Assembly (NCBI GenBank): GCA_009914755.4
Contig: CP086569.2
Span: 19,552,001-19,616,000 of the forward strand
Reading direction: 5' to 3'
Source of the DNA: the human T2T-CHM13v2.0 reference genome, Homo sapiens
Length of the DNA stretch: 64,000 bases
Part shown: piece by piece, positions 51,761-62,636 of the stretch
Numbering within the stretch: position 1 is the stretch's first letter
Layout: the number at the start of each line of letters is the position of its first letter
Translations under genes and position numbers: made by a program
Notes under the pieces: generated by a model
Databases searched by the model: none
Told to the model about the DNA's origin: nothing
The model's input: the letters and a program-made list of their open reading frames with translations, nothing else

Positions 51761-52637
51761 CATGTGGAAAGGAGAGTTTCTGTGGTGCCAGTTGAGTTGT
51801 TCTCCCCTATGTGAGACATCCATGGGGAGCCATGGGTGGCTGCTGAGGAGAAAAGTCTCCTTATTGCCTCCATGTCTTTATGCCCCCAGAGCATAAGCAC
51901 TCAGCGGCATTCCTCAGGTTGCTCAGGGAGATAACACTCCCTTGAAGCGGTGGAGTATAATCAAACATCTTGGCTCCTCCTGAAAGCTGCTCTCACCCAT
52001 TTCAGTTCTGATAAGTTAAAGATCTTAAGTAGTTTAGACACATGCCTTTGGCTCAAGGAAATTCACAGAAACTGCCACTACTATGTAGCTTATTGAAAGA
52101 CTCACGAGTTCCTCTACACTGATTAATCCTTTTCCTCATCCCTTCCTTCTGCTCCCATCTGTCCTAAGATCAAAATGCTTGTAAACCAACAAATTGGGTG
52201 GAGCCCAGGAACTCTGAACGGTGAGCAAGCCTCCGATGCTTTGGTCCTCTGGAACAGCCTTTTAAATACTGATTCTATCTCTTTCTAACCCTTTGTCTCC
52301 ACCAGACTCAGGGTACGTGCTAGGTGGTGTGGGGCTGGTTGTCTCAACAGCCTTCTAAAGTCTTAATCTAAGGTATAGAAAAAAAAAAAAACTAGGAATT
52401 TTAATAAAGAATGGGATACTCCACTATTGTGCACATTACTTTTATTTCTGTTGACATTTGTTTATGCCTTTTGAGTGAATCCTACAAATATAGTGAGTGA
52501 GATAAAACTAAAGATGAACTAAATGTAATATATTTGGACAGAGCATTAATGTTGAGCCTGGATGTGAAGACAATATTTGTTACTCTTCTTAGAGTATAAT
52601 AGTTAAAATTTTTAATTTTTTTGTGATCAATTTGCAG

Positions 52638-52809
52638 ATAAACTTCTGTTAAGCTGCTGAGATAGCAAAAATTAAAATAAAGCAAAAGGAAAGTATGGGA
52701 AAAATTAACTGTGTTCAGGAAAGATTTTGAGAAGGCTTGTCAGTCGGAGCCTGAAGCCATCATTTTTTGGGAAAAGAGTATCCTTGAGAGAATTCAAAAG
52801 CATCAAGAA
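52638..52809 (+). pseudogene. OFD1-like exon 8/9, corresponding to OFD1 ..[58 protein letters not shown]. Its 5' half is frameshifted
   Basis: Acceptor tcaatttgcag|. ..gctgctgagatagcaaaaattaaaataaagcaaaaggaaagtatgggaaaaattaactgtgttcag is co-linear with OFD1 ..gatactgagatagcaaaaattaaaatggaagcaaaaaagaaatatgaaaaagaattaaccatgtttcag. Then MFRKDFEKACQSEPEAIIFWEKSILERIQKHQE, then donor |gtggta. Confidence 0.8.
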
Positions 52810-54065
52810 GTGGTATTTACAAATATTTTACTGTGTAACTATTTCCTGCAGCTATTAGCAGGTTGGTTCAAGATCCAGGAAAGAGATCACACAATTGGGA
52901 TGACAAGGTCCCAGGAGAGCAATAGGAATTGTGGTAAAGAGTGCAAAGAAAAAGAAGGGTGGCCCTTGAAATATATACACAGATTTGCTTCCTCTGGGAC
53001 AAGTGGAAAAGGAAGAGTGTCAGAGGTGAACAGTCAAGTTGGGATTAAGAGAAACACACCCTAAATAAGCTCCCATCTTCTCAGGCAGATTAGAGCATTA
53101 GATCATGGGTTTTAGGAGCAGCTTAGAGGTGCAGAGTAGCTCATGGGAGTAACAGAAGAACAGCTGTTTAAAGCAGACAGGACTGATCACTTGTATTGAG
53201 GGCCCAGCTGTAGTTGGGGGAGGCTGAAATTAAATGAGACCAAACCATGTGCTTGTAGGTGAGTTTATTTTTTATTTTTATTTTTTGGCAGGTCTGGGGA
53301 GGAATTGTAAGCATCTGTCTCTTCTGCACTTTTCCGTGAGGTTGAAAAGATGGAGATGTTGAAGGACTGGAGCTTTGCAGAGCCTAACTTATTTGATGTG
53401 AGAATGGCAGCCCATTTAACTGCAGATTCTGGGCTTATCTTGCATAGTGAAGGGAAGCAGAGGAGAGGGCAAGTGACTGCTACACCAGGAGGAATGTGAG
53501 TGTTAAGTAGCCGTCTCAGGGATCAAAGACTAGATCCAAAGAGACTGGCAGGTGGAATTATAACAATTGTCCAAGAGTAGAGAATTGCAGGATTAGGTTT
53601 CAGGTGGAAACTGGAAACAAAAATGCACTGTGCTGTCATTGGATGGAGCCATGGAAATGAGGAGAGTTCAAGGTCTCTGGGGTAAAGGAGTCATCAGGGC
53701 TGCAAATGTCATCCATGTGGTCTTTTGAGCTGGTCATCCCGGGAGTAAACGGACAAGAGAGGGTGAGGATGAGCAGTGGCAGGGATTCTATGTTGGCAAG
53801 TGGGAGTGAATCTCTTTTTTCTTAAGAAAGCATATTCTGTTTCTGAGGGCATGTCTTAGACCACACTGGATTTACAGCAGTATTTTTGGCCTGCATCGCA
53901 AACTGCAGCTGCCAGATGTTAAAAGTAGCAAGGCTTTACCCTAGCGTCAAGTCTTGCTTGGGGCTTCTCAATGATACCCAGTTGTTTAATGCTAAGGGCA
54001 CACCCTCTGCAAATTTATATAACATTCCTGGGAATTGGCCTTGCTCCAGCTGTAAAAATGATGTA

Positions 54066-54212
54066 CTGGATGTGAAGAGAGTATTTGTTGCTCTTCTTAT
54101 AGCATAATAGTTAAAATTTTTAAGTTTTTGTGATCAATTTGCAGGTAAAGTTTTGTAAAGCTCCTGAGATAGTAAAAAATAAAAATAACATAAAGCAAAA
54201 AGAAAGTATGGG
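54066..54212 (+). repeat. Junction insert of the tandem duplication: a ~147-bp copy of 52557-52703. It includes the acceptor and 5' half of the OFD1-like exon 8/9 (at 54150-54212)
   Basis: ctggatgtgaagagagtatttgttgctcttcttatagcataatagttaaaatttttaagtttttgtgatcaatttgcaggtaaagttttgtaaagctcctgagatagtaaaaaataaaaataacataaagcaaaaagaaagtatgggaa aligns to 52557-52703. Unit-1 homology to unit 2 ends at 54061 and unit-2 homology to the start of unit 1 (39125) begins at ~54215. Confidence 0.75.
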
Positions 54213-57200
54213 AAGAAATTAGAAATTTCTTGTTTCCATAGTTTACGACAAATTTACCCTTAATTATGGTGCATAGTGTACACTTAGACGTTAGAATTTT
54301 AGAAATCCAACACAATTTTGGAACATCTGTTACTATTATTCACTAAAATTTAACTTAAAGGAAATTGGACATCATTTTGGCAATACCATGTGACTAAACA
54401 AGCCCTGTATATGTCTTTTCTTAATGTTTCAGAAGTCCTCTCACCACCCAGAAAGCCAGGCATTAGGAAGGACAATTTTGCAACTTGAATTATGGTTTTA
54501 GGATGCCTGTTAAATGTTAGAGGTTTAGTACACTCGGTTTTATATAGGAATCCAGATTTCCACAAATTACTTGTTTTGCCAAAATGATGGCTCAAAGGGT
54601 AAAAATCATTTATTAGTGTTTATTATGATGTGACTTGTCATTTGAGTATGACATCCTGCTCAAAGCCAAATTTTACCCTTTCATCAGTTTGTTAATGTTA
54701 ACCTCAATTTGCTTAAATTAAATCTTATAGATCCTTTCATTTAACCTCAACCAATTTGACCATGAGGTGAAATATTTACAAACCTTTCAAAACTCTTTTA
54801 CTAAATGGCAGATTCGTTTCTTAAGATCTCATTGGTATTCCTTTATTTCAATGCTAAGGTTATAAAAAAGACCATACAATAACCTTTTGAGTTTAGTTAA
54901 TGTTCACTGTGAACATTTAGCAACTTTCATTTTTGATGAACACCCTGGTTAATAGGCCATTTTACTTACATACATGGTGTGGATCCTAGAACTCAGACAG
55001 AAGTGCAGATAAAGTGTGAGGTTTCAGCCTCTCACTCCATGTATCCCAGGTTTTACCAACCTGTAAAGCAGGTGAGAAACAACCTTGGAACATTTAGCAA
55101 ATCTGGTGTCTAAATTGAATCATTTAAATGACCTATTTTCATTTTGACAACACTTGCATCTTACCAGTAATTCTCAAGACTATATTACTTAAACTCACGT
55201 GAACTAAAACATATTCAAGTGCTTACTTCTCTTTAAGACAATTAATTAGAGTTTGCTTTTATAGGCATTACACACACCACATATATAGCGACACAAACGG
55301 AAAATTCAGAGATTTTTTTTATGTGCCAGTTTCTTAACTGGATTACTGGCTTCAGGTTGTAGCCCTTGGAGGAATAGGATCATTAATTTGCAGTTTTTAG
55401 GGAGTAATAAGCAGACACAGCAGAAGGCAATTAATCCATCCCCTTTGGGAGTCTTGTTTCTTAGTGGAGGGAGCGGGGGTGAGGATGTTTCTCTATGTTT
55501 TAGGTAGACAAGAGCATGCTTCTCTGATTTATAACTACTATTAGCCATTTCATACAGGGCATTTTCTACCTAGTTATTACACACCAAAGAGGTCTCATAA
55601 TGTGAAGGAACTTGATATCCTCAATACTCACAAAGGTAAATAACACAATGCATAACAGTACGGAGCCTTTGGTATTGGGAGGGAAACATCTGCTTTCAAT
55701 TTGGGGGGTTTCATGAGCAAAACATGTGTGTTTGGTTTTGTTTTGTTTGCGTGTGTGTTTTCTCATATGGAGAATTTGGCACCTACTCTGTTTTTCCCCA
55801 GGAGTCCCGTGCTATCAGAAGTTACGTTAGGGCCTCTCAGGCGTGCATTAAGAGGGTGAAGACAAAAAATGGGGAAAAATAATTCAGTCTACTGAGAAGA
55901 AAAGACCATTTTTTTCAGAAAAAAATTTTAAATGTATCAATAACTTGAATATCTACTTTTAATTAAGCTGAACATTTTTAAGAAAATTCTTAAAAAATTT
56001 CTTATTACTTAACTTTAGCCATGTCAAGTAGTTAAGATTTTTGGTTTTCGAACTTTAGAAAATGTAACCTCACAGATAAAACCAATCTAGGCTATGACTT
56101 AACCGCAAGTGTCCAAGGTATTTTCAGAGGAATGATAGCTTTTGAATCTTTCATTGCAAAACTGTGAGGGAGACAGTGAAAGAGAGTTGACCTAAACAAA
56201 TCTATTTCACTTCCCACCCTCAAGCTGTCTTTGCCCATCTTTGGGTTAGGCTGAGCCAACTTTAGGAGGAGCCTTGTATACCGTCTGTAGTCTAAAACAA
56301 AGAGGATAACAGCTGCTTCCCAAGATATACTTTCCTCTTGCCTGGAAACCAGAACAATAAGCTAGCCACAAGGTTAGGGACCATGGCTTAGGTGTCAGGG
56401 AGGCAGAGGCTACAAGATTTTGACCTTCCCTAAACTGCTTTCAACATCAGTGCTTGAGATATTTTGTAAACCCTGTGTTTGACAGATCGGCTGGGACCAC
56501 CCGGATTGAAAAACTGGCTTATCAGATTTTGTGGCCCTCTTCTATGAACTGACTTATGGGAAGAAAAAACCACCTTTCTAAAATGGCAGAGACTAAAACA
56601 AAGTATTGCCACATGGTTACAGGTTATGTTCCCGAGGACATGGAACAAGATGTAGGACTGTAGCCCAGTTTGTTACTGGCCATTAAGTTGGTCTGGCTTG
56701 AACAGCAGGCTCATGGGGTCCTGGGCCTTCACCCCACTTAAGATACCCTTTTATTGATAGAACCGTACAGAAGGACACGCAAAGCACACAAATTGTCTAC
56801 AACTTAAGACCAAACTCACAAATCTTTTTTTGTTATTTATAAATTTACCTAGAATATAAACAATAATACTCTTTTTTCTTTGTTACCAGTTTGCTCAGTG
56901 AGAGAGAAGCCAAAAGCCAAATGGGTAAGAAATTTTTCCCTTTTGCCAGCATATCAGGCTTCTAAGTTTCCTTTCTTCTAGCTCAACTGTCAGCCAAGCA
57001 TTTTAAGGTTTGGAAAATTAACTTTTCCCAAGTTGGACAAACATTATGAAAGAGACAGATGCCATTTTAAATCACACACACAAAAAATGAAAAACACTAT
57101 AGAAAGGAGTTCCAGTTAAGCTTTTCAAGAGGTATTGCCCCTTTTCCTATTTGGAATAGTACTTCCCCTATTTATTTGCCTACCCTAGTTGCTCTTTTCC

Positions 57201-57667
57201 CTTTTCACCTACTATAGAAGACATATTGCTCATTTCCACAATTTTCTTTTGCTTGCACAGCTGCCTCTTTTAGCTGAAGTTAAGGTTTAGCTTAGGAGGA
57301 TAAAAACATTCCTTCATAAGAGGTCAAATACCTAAGTTAAATTTTGGAAAGCTTCTATATGCCTATCAGGATCATCAGAAATTTGGCGTAAGCCTCCCTT
57401 TACTTTCCAAATTTCCTCCAATGAGAAGAAAACTTGAAGGGGCCCCAAATAAGGGAATACTCAGATGGTTCCCCTGAAACTTGCTTCTCTAATTTTGAGA
57501 AATTTTTCTCTTTGGGCTTGCCTGATATGATCGCTAAATGGACTTGGTTATTTTGCAACACTTACAAAGGTGTAGTAAGAAGGCCATTCCATTGTGCAAA
57601 AGTAAATAAGAAATTTTCCTTCAAAGTTTCAGGGCTGAATGAGTCCAGTTGCTTTAAAATACTCCCA

Positions 57668-57942
57668 GCCAGGTACAGTGGTTCACGCCCGTAATCCCAG
57701 CACTTTGGGAGGCTGTGGTGGGCAGATTTTGAGGTCAGGAGTTTGAGACTAGACTGAGCAACATGGTGAAACTGCATCTCTACTAAAAATACTAAAACTA
57801 GCCAGGTGTGGTGGTGTGCGCCAGTAGTTCCAGCTTCTCATGAGGCTGAGGCAGAAGAATCACTTGACCTCAATAGGTGGAATTTCCAGTGAGTTGAGAT
57901 CTCACCAATGCACTCCAGCATGGGTGAAACAGTGAGATTCTG

Positions 57943-57955
<13 letters not shown>
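57668..57955 (+). mobile_element. Alu element (paralog of 42896-43185), followed by a (CA)n/(TA)n microsatellite at 57950-58100
   Basis: cagccaggtacagtggttcacgcccgtaatcccagcactttgggaggctgtggtgggcagattttgaggtcaggagtttgagac... Confidence 0.9.
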
Positions 57956-57985
<30 letters not shown>

Positions 57986-59399
57986 ATGTATATTTATACT
58001 TATATGTATTTATACATCTATATATACACATTTATACATATATAAAAGTGTGTGTGTGTGTGTGTGTGTGTGTATGTATATATATATATATATATATGTT
58101 CCAAGGGAATGGATGCTAAAGATGATCTGTTAGCAATCTAGAAAGAGACATAAGGATAAAAACATCCTTTTAGTCTCCTTCTTTTCAGTATATGATCCGG
58201 AATGGAGACTAGTATTGTAGGGGGCATTCTGTAACTATTTTTCTTTCTTTGCTCCTGAATTTCAGCTCCCATTTAAAAGTGACACCCATGACTGCAGTCA
58301 TGACACTTTAAGCCATGGCACCAGAGAAACTAAATTTTATGTCTTATTTATGCCGTCCACAGCAGTGTATTCCTCTGTCTTTTATTTCCCTTTTAATTCT
58401 TAGAGTGGTGTTGCCTGTATGACTTTCTTAAAAAATGGATTTCTGGAAAAACCATGCAATTAGGCAAGACCCCTTTAGAGATGTGTCTGCTAGATTGAAC
58501 TCTATATTCTGCTATTGTGGCCAGTACTAAAGCTTTCACCCATAGTGAAATGGTTCCCATTAACTTCTGGACTTAAAGTCCTCTTACTAATTAAATCCTA
58601 TCTTAATAGGAGAGATAATAGATGCTTTAAAGGAATATAGAAACCTAATTGAGGATTATTTTCCTGCCAGTGGGACACTATAGAGACTAAAATTGGTCTT
58701 CAGAAAACATCTTACTCCTAATTGCTAAAGGTAGAAAGTGCCCATCTCAGAAGAGGGCACTTAATGCTAACAGTGTAAAAGAAAGCTTTGGAGATGTATT
58801 GGAAAAACAGGAACAAAGTGTGCTTCTTAGAGGATTTCCACTCTCAGTAGGTGGCAATGTTGGCTTAGAAATGCTATGTCCTCACCAGAGAAGTGGTAGC
58901 AAGTAATCTCACCACAGATGAAAAGGGGAAATCTCTTTTCCTAGGCTGTAATAATCCCTGCCCATTTCATGCAGAGAAGGAGCGAGAGGCTGGAGATGGA
59001 GAAGAAGACTTTTGCAAAAGGATAGTTAATTATTCTCTGCAAACACCCTGAATGGGCTGTTGGAGGCTGCATCCAGACCATAGGCCTCTGAATTATGCCA
59101 GGGTGTGCCCTGGCCAGAAATTCAATGCCCATGTGTAATGTAGTTTTTCTGCATGTTCTCTCCAGCAAGTCTCACATACAAGTTTTTTTTATGGCAGTCA
59201 GCGCTAACTGTATGTACTAGGCTGATGGATTCCCATTGATTTATTGGATTTATTTTAATATAGAAGCTCAGAGAACCTCAGAATGATAGAACAGGTTTTA
59301 ATCTTGCTTGCATACTCACCACCCGGACAAAGACTGTACCTTGGATTCCCGGCCAATGCACCAAAATGATTCAGCTCTGATGAGTGGAGAAAGAGTAGG

Positions 59400-59970
59400 G
59401 CTTTTGTATGCTGCTAATTGGGTCAAACAACACAGACACACTTGGAATAGTTTTAAGAAGCAGAGAGTTTAATAGGCGAGAAAGAAGGAAGAAGAAAGTA
59501 GGAAGAAGCTTCCCTATACAGCTGAGAGAGGAAACCCCAAGTGAGGCAGGAAACCAGCCAGTTACATGAGGAGACTGGAGGAGGTGGTGCCTGACTTGCA
59601 TAGGCTCAGGGGATTGGTTTGATCAGGAATGTCACTCACACAGCCCCTAAAAAACTGGCCCTCCCACATTACATTTGTAATATGAAGATGCAGGGTGCCA
59701 TGATGTTCTGCATACATGAGGATATGTGGGGGCAGCCATGTGGCCAGGCACATGAGGGGGTAAGTCAAGGAAAGAGGGTAGGAAGCCATGTTTTGGTGGA
59801 CCCAGTTTCTAATGGCGGGCAATTGCATATCAAATTTTGCCTGCCAGACTCCAAGAGCCAGGGCTTTGCTGCTAGACAAGAAACTTTTCTGGAGCTGCTT
59901 TAAATGAGACAAAAACGTTCCAAGAATGCTAGGTTTTCTCTATCTGCTTAAAATGATTTCTTAATAACTC
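59400..59970 (+). repeat. LTR-like interspersed repeat, copy 3 of 3 (paralog of 44640-45228 via the tandem duplication)
   Basis: See 36820-37389. Confidence 0.55.
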
Positions 59971-60129
59971 GTATGACTCCATATTATTGCAGTGAATTTT
60001 TAAATTTTATACCATATGTAAATATTCAACTTTTATATAGTTAAATTGATAAATACTTATGATTATTCCTGTCATGTTTTGTAGCATATTTGGACTGGCC
60101 TTTCCTCAGATTTATTCTTAGAAGCTATG

Positions 60130-60425
60130 ACTGGACACAGTGGCTCATGCTTGTGATCCCAGCATTTTGTGAGGCCCAGGCAGTAGCATCACTTGAGGTC
60201 ATGCGTTTGAGACAAACCTGCACAACATAGAAAGACCCTGTCTCTATAAAAACTAAAATTAGCTTTATGTGGTGGGTGGTGGTAGGTGCCTCTAGTCCAG
60301 CTACTTGGAAGGCTGAAGTGAGAGGATTGCTTGAGCTCAGCAGTTTGAGGCTTTCATGAGCCATGATTACACCGCTGCACTCCAGCCTTCGTGAGAGAGC
60401 AAGATTCTGTCTCTACAAAAAGGAA
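60130..60425 (+). mobile_element. Alu element (paralog of 45391-45685)
   Basis: ctggacacagtggctcatgcttgtgatcccagcattttgtgaggcccaggcagtagcatcacttgaggtcatgcgtttgagac... Confidence 0.9.
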
Positions 60426-60538
60426 CGATATATGATGTATAAAATGATATTTTCATATAACTAAGATTGTGTATACAGTGACTGCACAGTGGCTGAAAGC
60501 TCTGAGGAAAAAAAAAACCTGAATGCATTTTTTTTTAG

Positions 60539-60681
60539 GTTTCTATAAACCTAAATCATCAACAAGCTAAAATATCATCAAGTTAAAAATAGTTGTAAAA
60601 AATTGGCAGATTATCATCAAGCTAAGAAGAGTTGTAACATGGAAATGCAGACAAGTTCGACATTTATGAGAGATTCTCTAG
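60539..60681 (+). pseudogene. Duplicate OFD1-like exon 6 in unit 2. It is lengthened by a ~40-nt internal tandem duplication (atcatcaagctaa / agttgtaa motifs repeated)
   Basis: Acceptor ttttttttttag|gtttctataaacc, then ..agctaagaagagttgtaacatggaaatgcagacaagttcgacatttatgagagattctctag|gtaatt (..[16 protein letters not shown]). Confidence 0.75.
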
Positions 60682-61477
60682 GTAATTATACTCTTCCTTT
60701 CTTAATTTCAATTCTGTTGTTTTCATTTTGAATGAAGGAAGTTACCTGATTTACCAAATTGTGTGGTTCCTTCTTGAACTAGGGGGACGCAACCTGCAAG
60801 CAACAAGGGAATTTACTTTTTCTGGAATCATCCTGGGAGGCCAGGAAGTGCTCTCCAGTGTCATTTCCTGGCCTCTTGCATGCCAGGGCTACATTGGCCA
60901 AAGCATGCAGCCATTCAAAGGCCCTGTTTGTTGAGTTTTACCTCTCTTAACTGGAAGGTCCTTCCTCATGTCTTGTTTTAACTTTATAGCCACCAAGGTA
61001 CAAGATTATAGACTATTTTTTTTCAGAGCAGTAGAGAAGTCATTGACTCATTGCTTCATATTCTACTTGAGGAAATCAAGGTCCTCAGAGGGAGAGCAAA
61101 TTGAAAACATTCAGTCTGCCTCAGAGTAGCCAGTGAAGTCCAATTTCTACCATCCATTCTCTAGAGCTTTTTGTACTAGAAGGCCGGTCGAAAATACCAT
61201 CCTGCCTTTTGGTTTCATGCTCAATAGAGACGGGAGAAAGTTGTTTAAACTGATGTGCTTAATTAATGTTTGACCTTCCTTATTCTAAAATAGTAATGGT
61301 AACATGTTAGAAGATAAATTGAAATTTGTATTACATGACTAGGCCTTAAATTAAGTGTGGGTTTAATTCCATTAGAAACATATTACTGATAATTATGAAG
61401 CAGTGCGGTCCAACAGTTGAACCATATATATAATGTTCAGTTTTCTAGTAGTCACACTGAAAACAGTAAAAAGAATT

Positions 61478-61950
61478 AGGTAAAATTAGCTGTAAGATAT
61501 TTAATCCCATACATCTAAAATATGATTTCAACATGTGTTTAATAAAAAAAAAAAATACGAATGAGATAATTCACTTTCCTTTTTTTTTTCACTTAGTTTT
61601 GAAATCTCTTTGTTTTTTTTTTTTTTTTTTTTTCATTTAAGGCACATCTCAGTTCAGACTGGTCACCTTTCCACTGTCAATGGATGCATGTGGCTGGAGA
61701 GTCCTTCTTTACTTAAAGAAGTAGGTAAAATTAGCTTTAAGATATTTAATCCCATACATCTAAAATATGATTTCGACATGTGTTTAATAAAAAAAAGTAC
61801 GAATGAGATAATTCACTTTCTTTTTTTTTTTTTTTTTTTTTCAGTTAGTTTTGAAATCTCTTTGTTTTTTTTCATTTAAGGCATATCTCAGTTCAGACTG
61901 ACCACCTTTCCAGTGTCAATGGCTGCATGTGGCTGGAGAGTCCTTTATTG
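61478..61950 (+). repeat. Local tandem duplication (two ~230-bp copies, 61478-61710 and 61727-61950) present only in unit 2. Unit 1 has a single copy at ~46700-46930
   Basis: gtaaaattagct.taagatatttaatcccatacatctaaaatatgatttc.acatgtgtttaataaaaaaaa..tacgaatgagataattcactttc(t)n..agttttgaaatctctttg(t)n catttaaggca.atctcagttcagactg..cacctttcca.tgtcaatgg.tgcatgtggctggagagtcc occurs twice in tandem. Confidence 0.8.
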
Positions 61951-62045
61951 GAAAGCATTTGAAAAATACAGAAAAGTAGATGGAAAAATATGTCTAAAGT
62001 CATACCTACCAGGGAGAAACACTATCAATGTTATCGTCTACTTCT

Positions 62046-62184
62046 GGGCCATGAGGAAGCCTCCAATACTCCAGTCCCCCGGACCTGCCTTTTCAACACT
62101 TATTCGGTCTCTCTCTTTCTATCAGCTTTGTCGCCGCTAGACTCAGGGTACCTGCTGGGTGGTGTGGGGGTGGTTTCCCCAACA
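62046..62184 (+). repeat. 139-bp HERV-K LTR 3'-terminal remnant in unit 2, followed by the intact flank/TSD gtcttc. This is the footprint of provirus 2 after a ~5.2-kb deletion
   Basis: ctgggccatgaggaagcctccaatactccagtcccccggacctgccttttcaacacttattcggtctctctctttctatcagctttgtcgccgctagactcagggtacctgctgggtggtgtgggggtggtttccccaaca aligns to the last ~140 bp of the provirus-2 LTRs. Upstream homology to unit 1 stops at ctacttctg (unit 1 47024-47032). Confidence 0.8.
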
Positions 62185-62464
62185 GTCTTCTAAAGTCTTA
62201 ATCTTTGGTATATCAAAAACAACCTAGAAATTTTAATAATGGGATACTCTACCATTCTGCACATTATTTTTATTTATGTTGACATTTGTTTATGACTTTT
62301 GAGTGAGTCCTACAAATACAGTGAGTGAGATAAAACTAAAGATGAAGTAAATGTAATGTACTTGGACAGAGCATTAATGTTGAGCCTGGATGTGAAGAGA
62401 GTATTTGTTACACTTATTGGAGTGTAATAGTTAAAATTTTTAAATTTTTGTGATCAATTTGCAG

Positions 62465-62636
62465 GTAAACTTTTGTTAAGCTGCTGAGATAGCAAAAATT
62501 AAAATAGAGCAAAAAGAAAGTATGGAAAGAATGTAGCTGTGTTCAGGAAATATTTTGAGAAGGCTTGTCAATCAGCGGCTGAAGCCATCATTTTTTGGGA
62601 AAAGAGTATCCTTGAGAGAATTCAAAACACCAAGAG
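62465..62636 (+). pseudogene. Duplicate OFD1-like exon 8/9 in unit 2
   Basis: tgatcaatttgcag|gtaaacttttgttaagctgctgagatagcaaaaattaaaatagagcaaaaagaaagtatggaaagaatgtagctgtgttcaggaaatattttgagaaggcttgtcaatcagcggctgaagccatcattttttgggaaaagagtatccttgagagaattcaaaacaccaagag|gtggta. Confidence 0.75.

Larger units (their letters stand above)
47907..52349 (+). mobile_element. HERV-K-type provirus 2, same family as provirus 1. It has LTR - Lys-like PBS - gag - (pro/pol deleted) - env (SU+TM) - LTR, inserted in OFD1-like intron 7. Its TSD is gtcttc / gccttc (5 of 6)
   Basis: 5' LTR 47907-48508 and 3' LTR 51763-52349 (tgtg(a/g)gaaa.gag...ggtt(t/g)(c/t)c.caaca). The PBS is tggcacacaacacagtgctcc at 48511. 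The gag start is mutated (ATAGGTCAG) at ~48679. The gag CA ORF 49617-50129 reads ..NAQAQPAIDITSDQLLGIGQAWGT..QQCPRETYPDFIACFQDAAQK..AYENANTECQAAIRLSKGE. The env TM reads [71 protein letters not shown]. Confidence 0.9.
39125..54061. repeat. Tandem segmental duplication, unit 1 (~14.9 kb). It contains OFD1-like exons 6-9, an Alu specific to this unit, and HERV-K provirus 2
   Basis: Co-linear with 54215-63885 at ~85-88% identity once the provirus/flank deletion and the Alu are discounted. Anchor pairs include 39203-39457 with 54350-54595, 43311 with 58101, 44158-44397 with 58941-59168, 45948-46181 with 60728-60934, and 52350-54060 with 62185-63885. Confidence 0.85.

Noticed and set aside
52711-53064. 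117-aa ORF MFRKDFEKACQSEPEAIIFWEKSILERIQKHQEVVFTNILL... as an intact gene
   Set aside because: Only the first ~33 residues are the OFD1-like exon 8/9, and the donor follows HQE. The rest is intronic read-through with no homology. The same ORF is truncated in its unit-2 duplicate.
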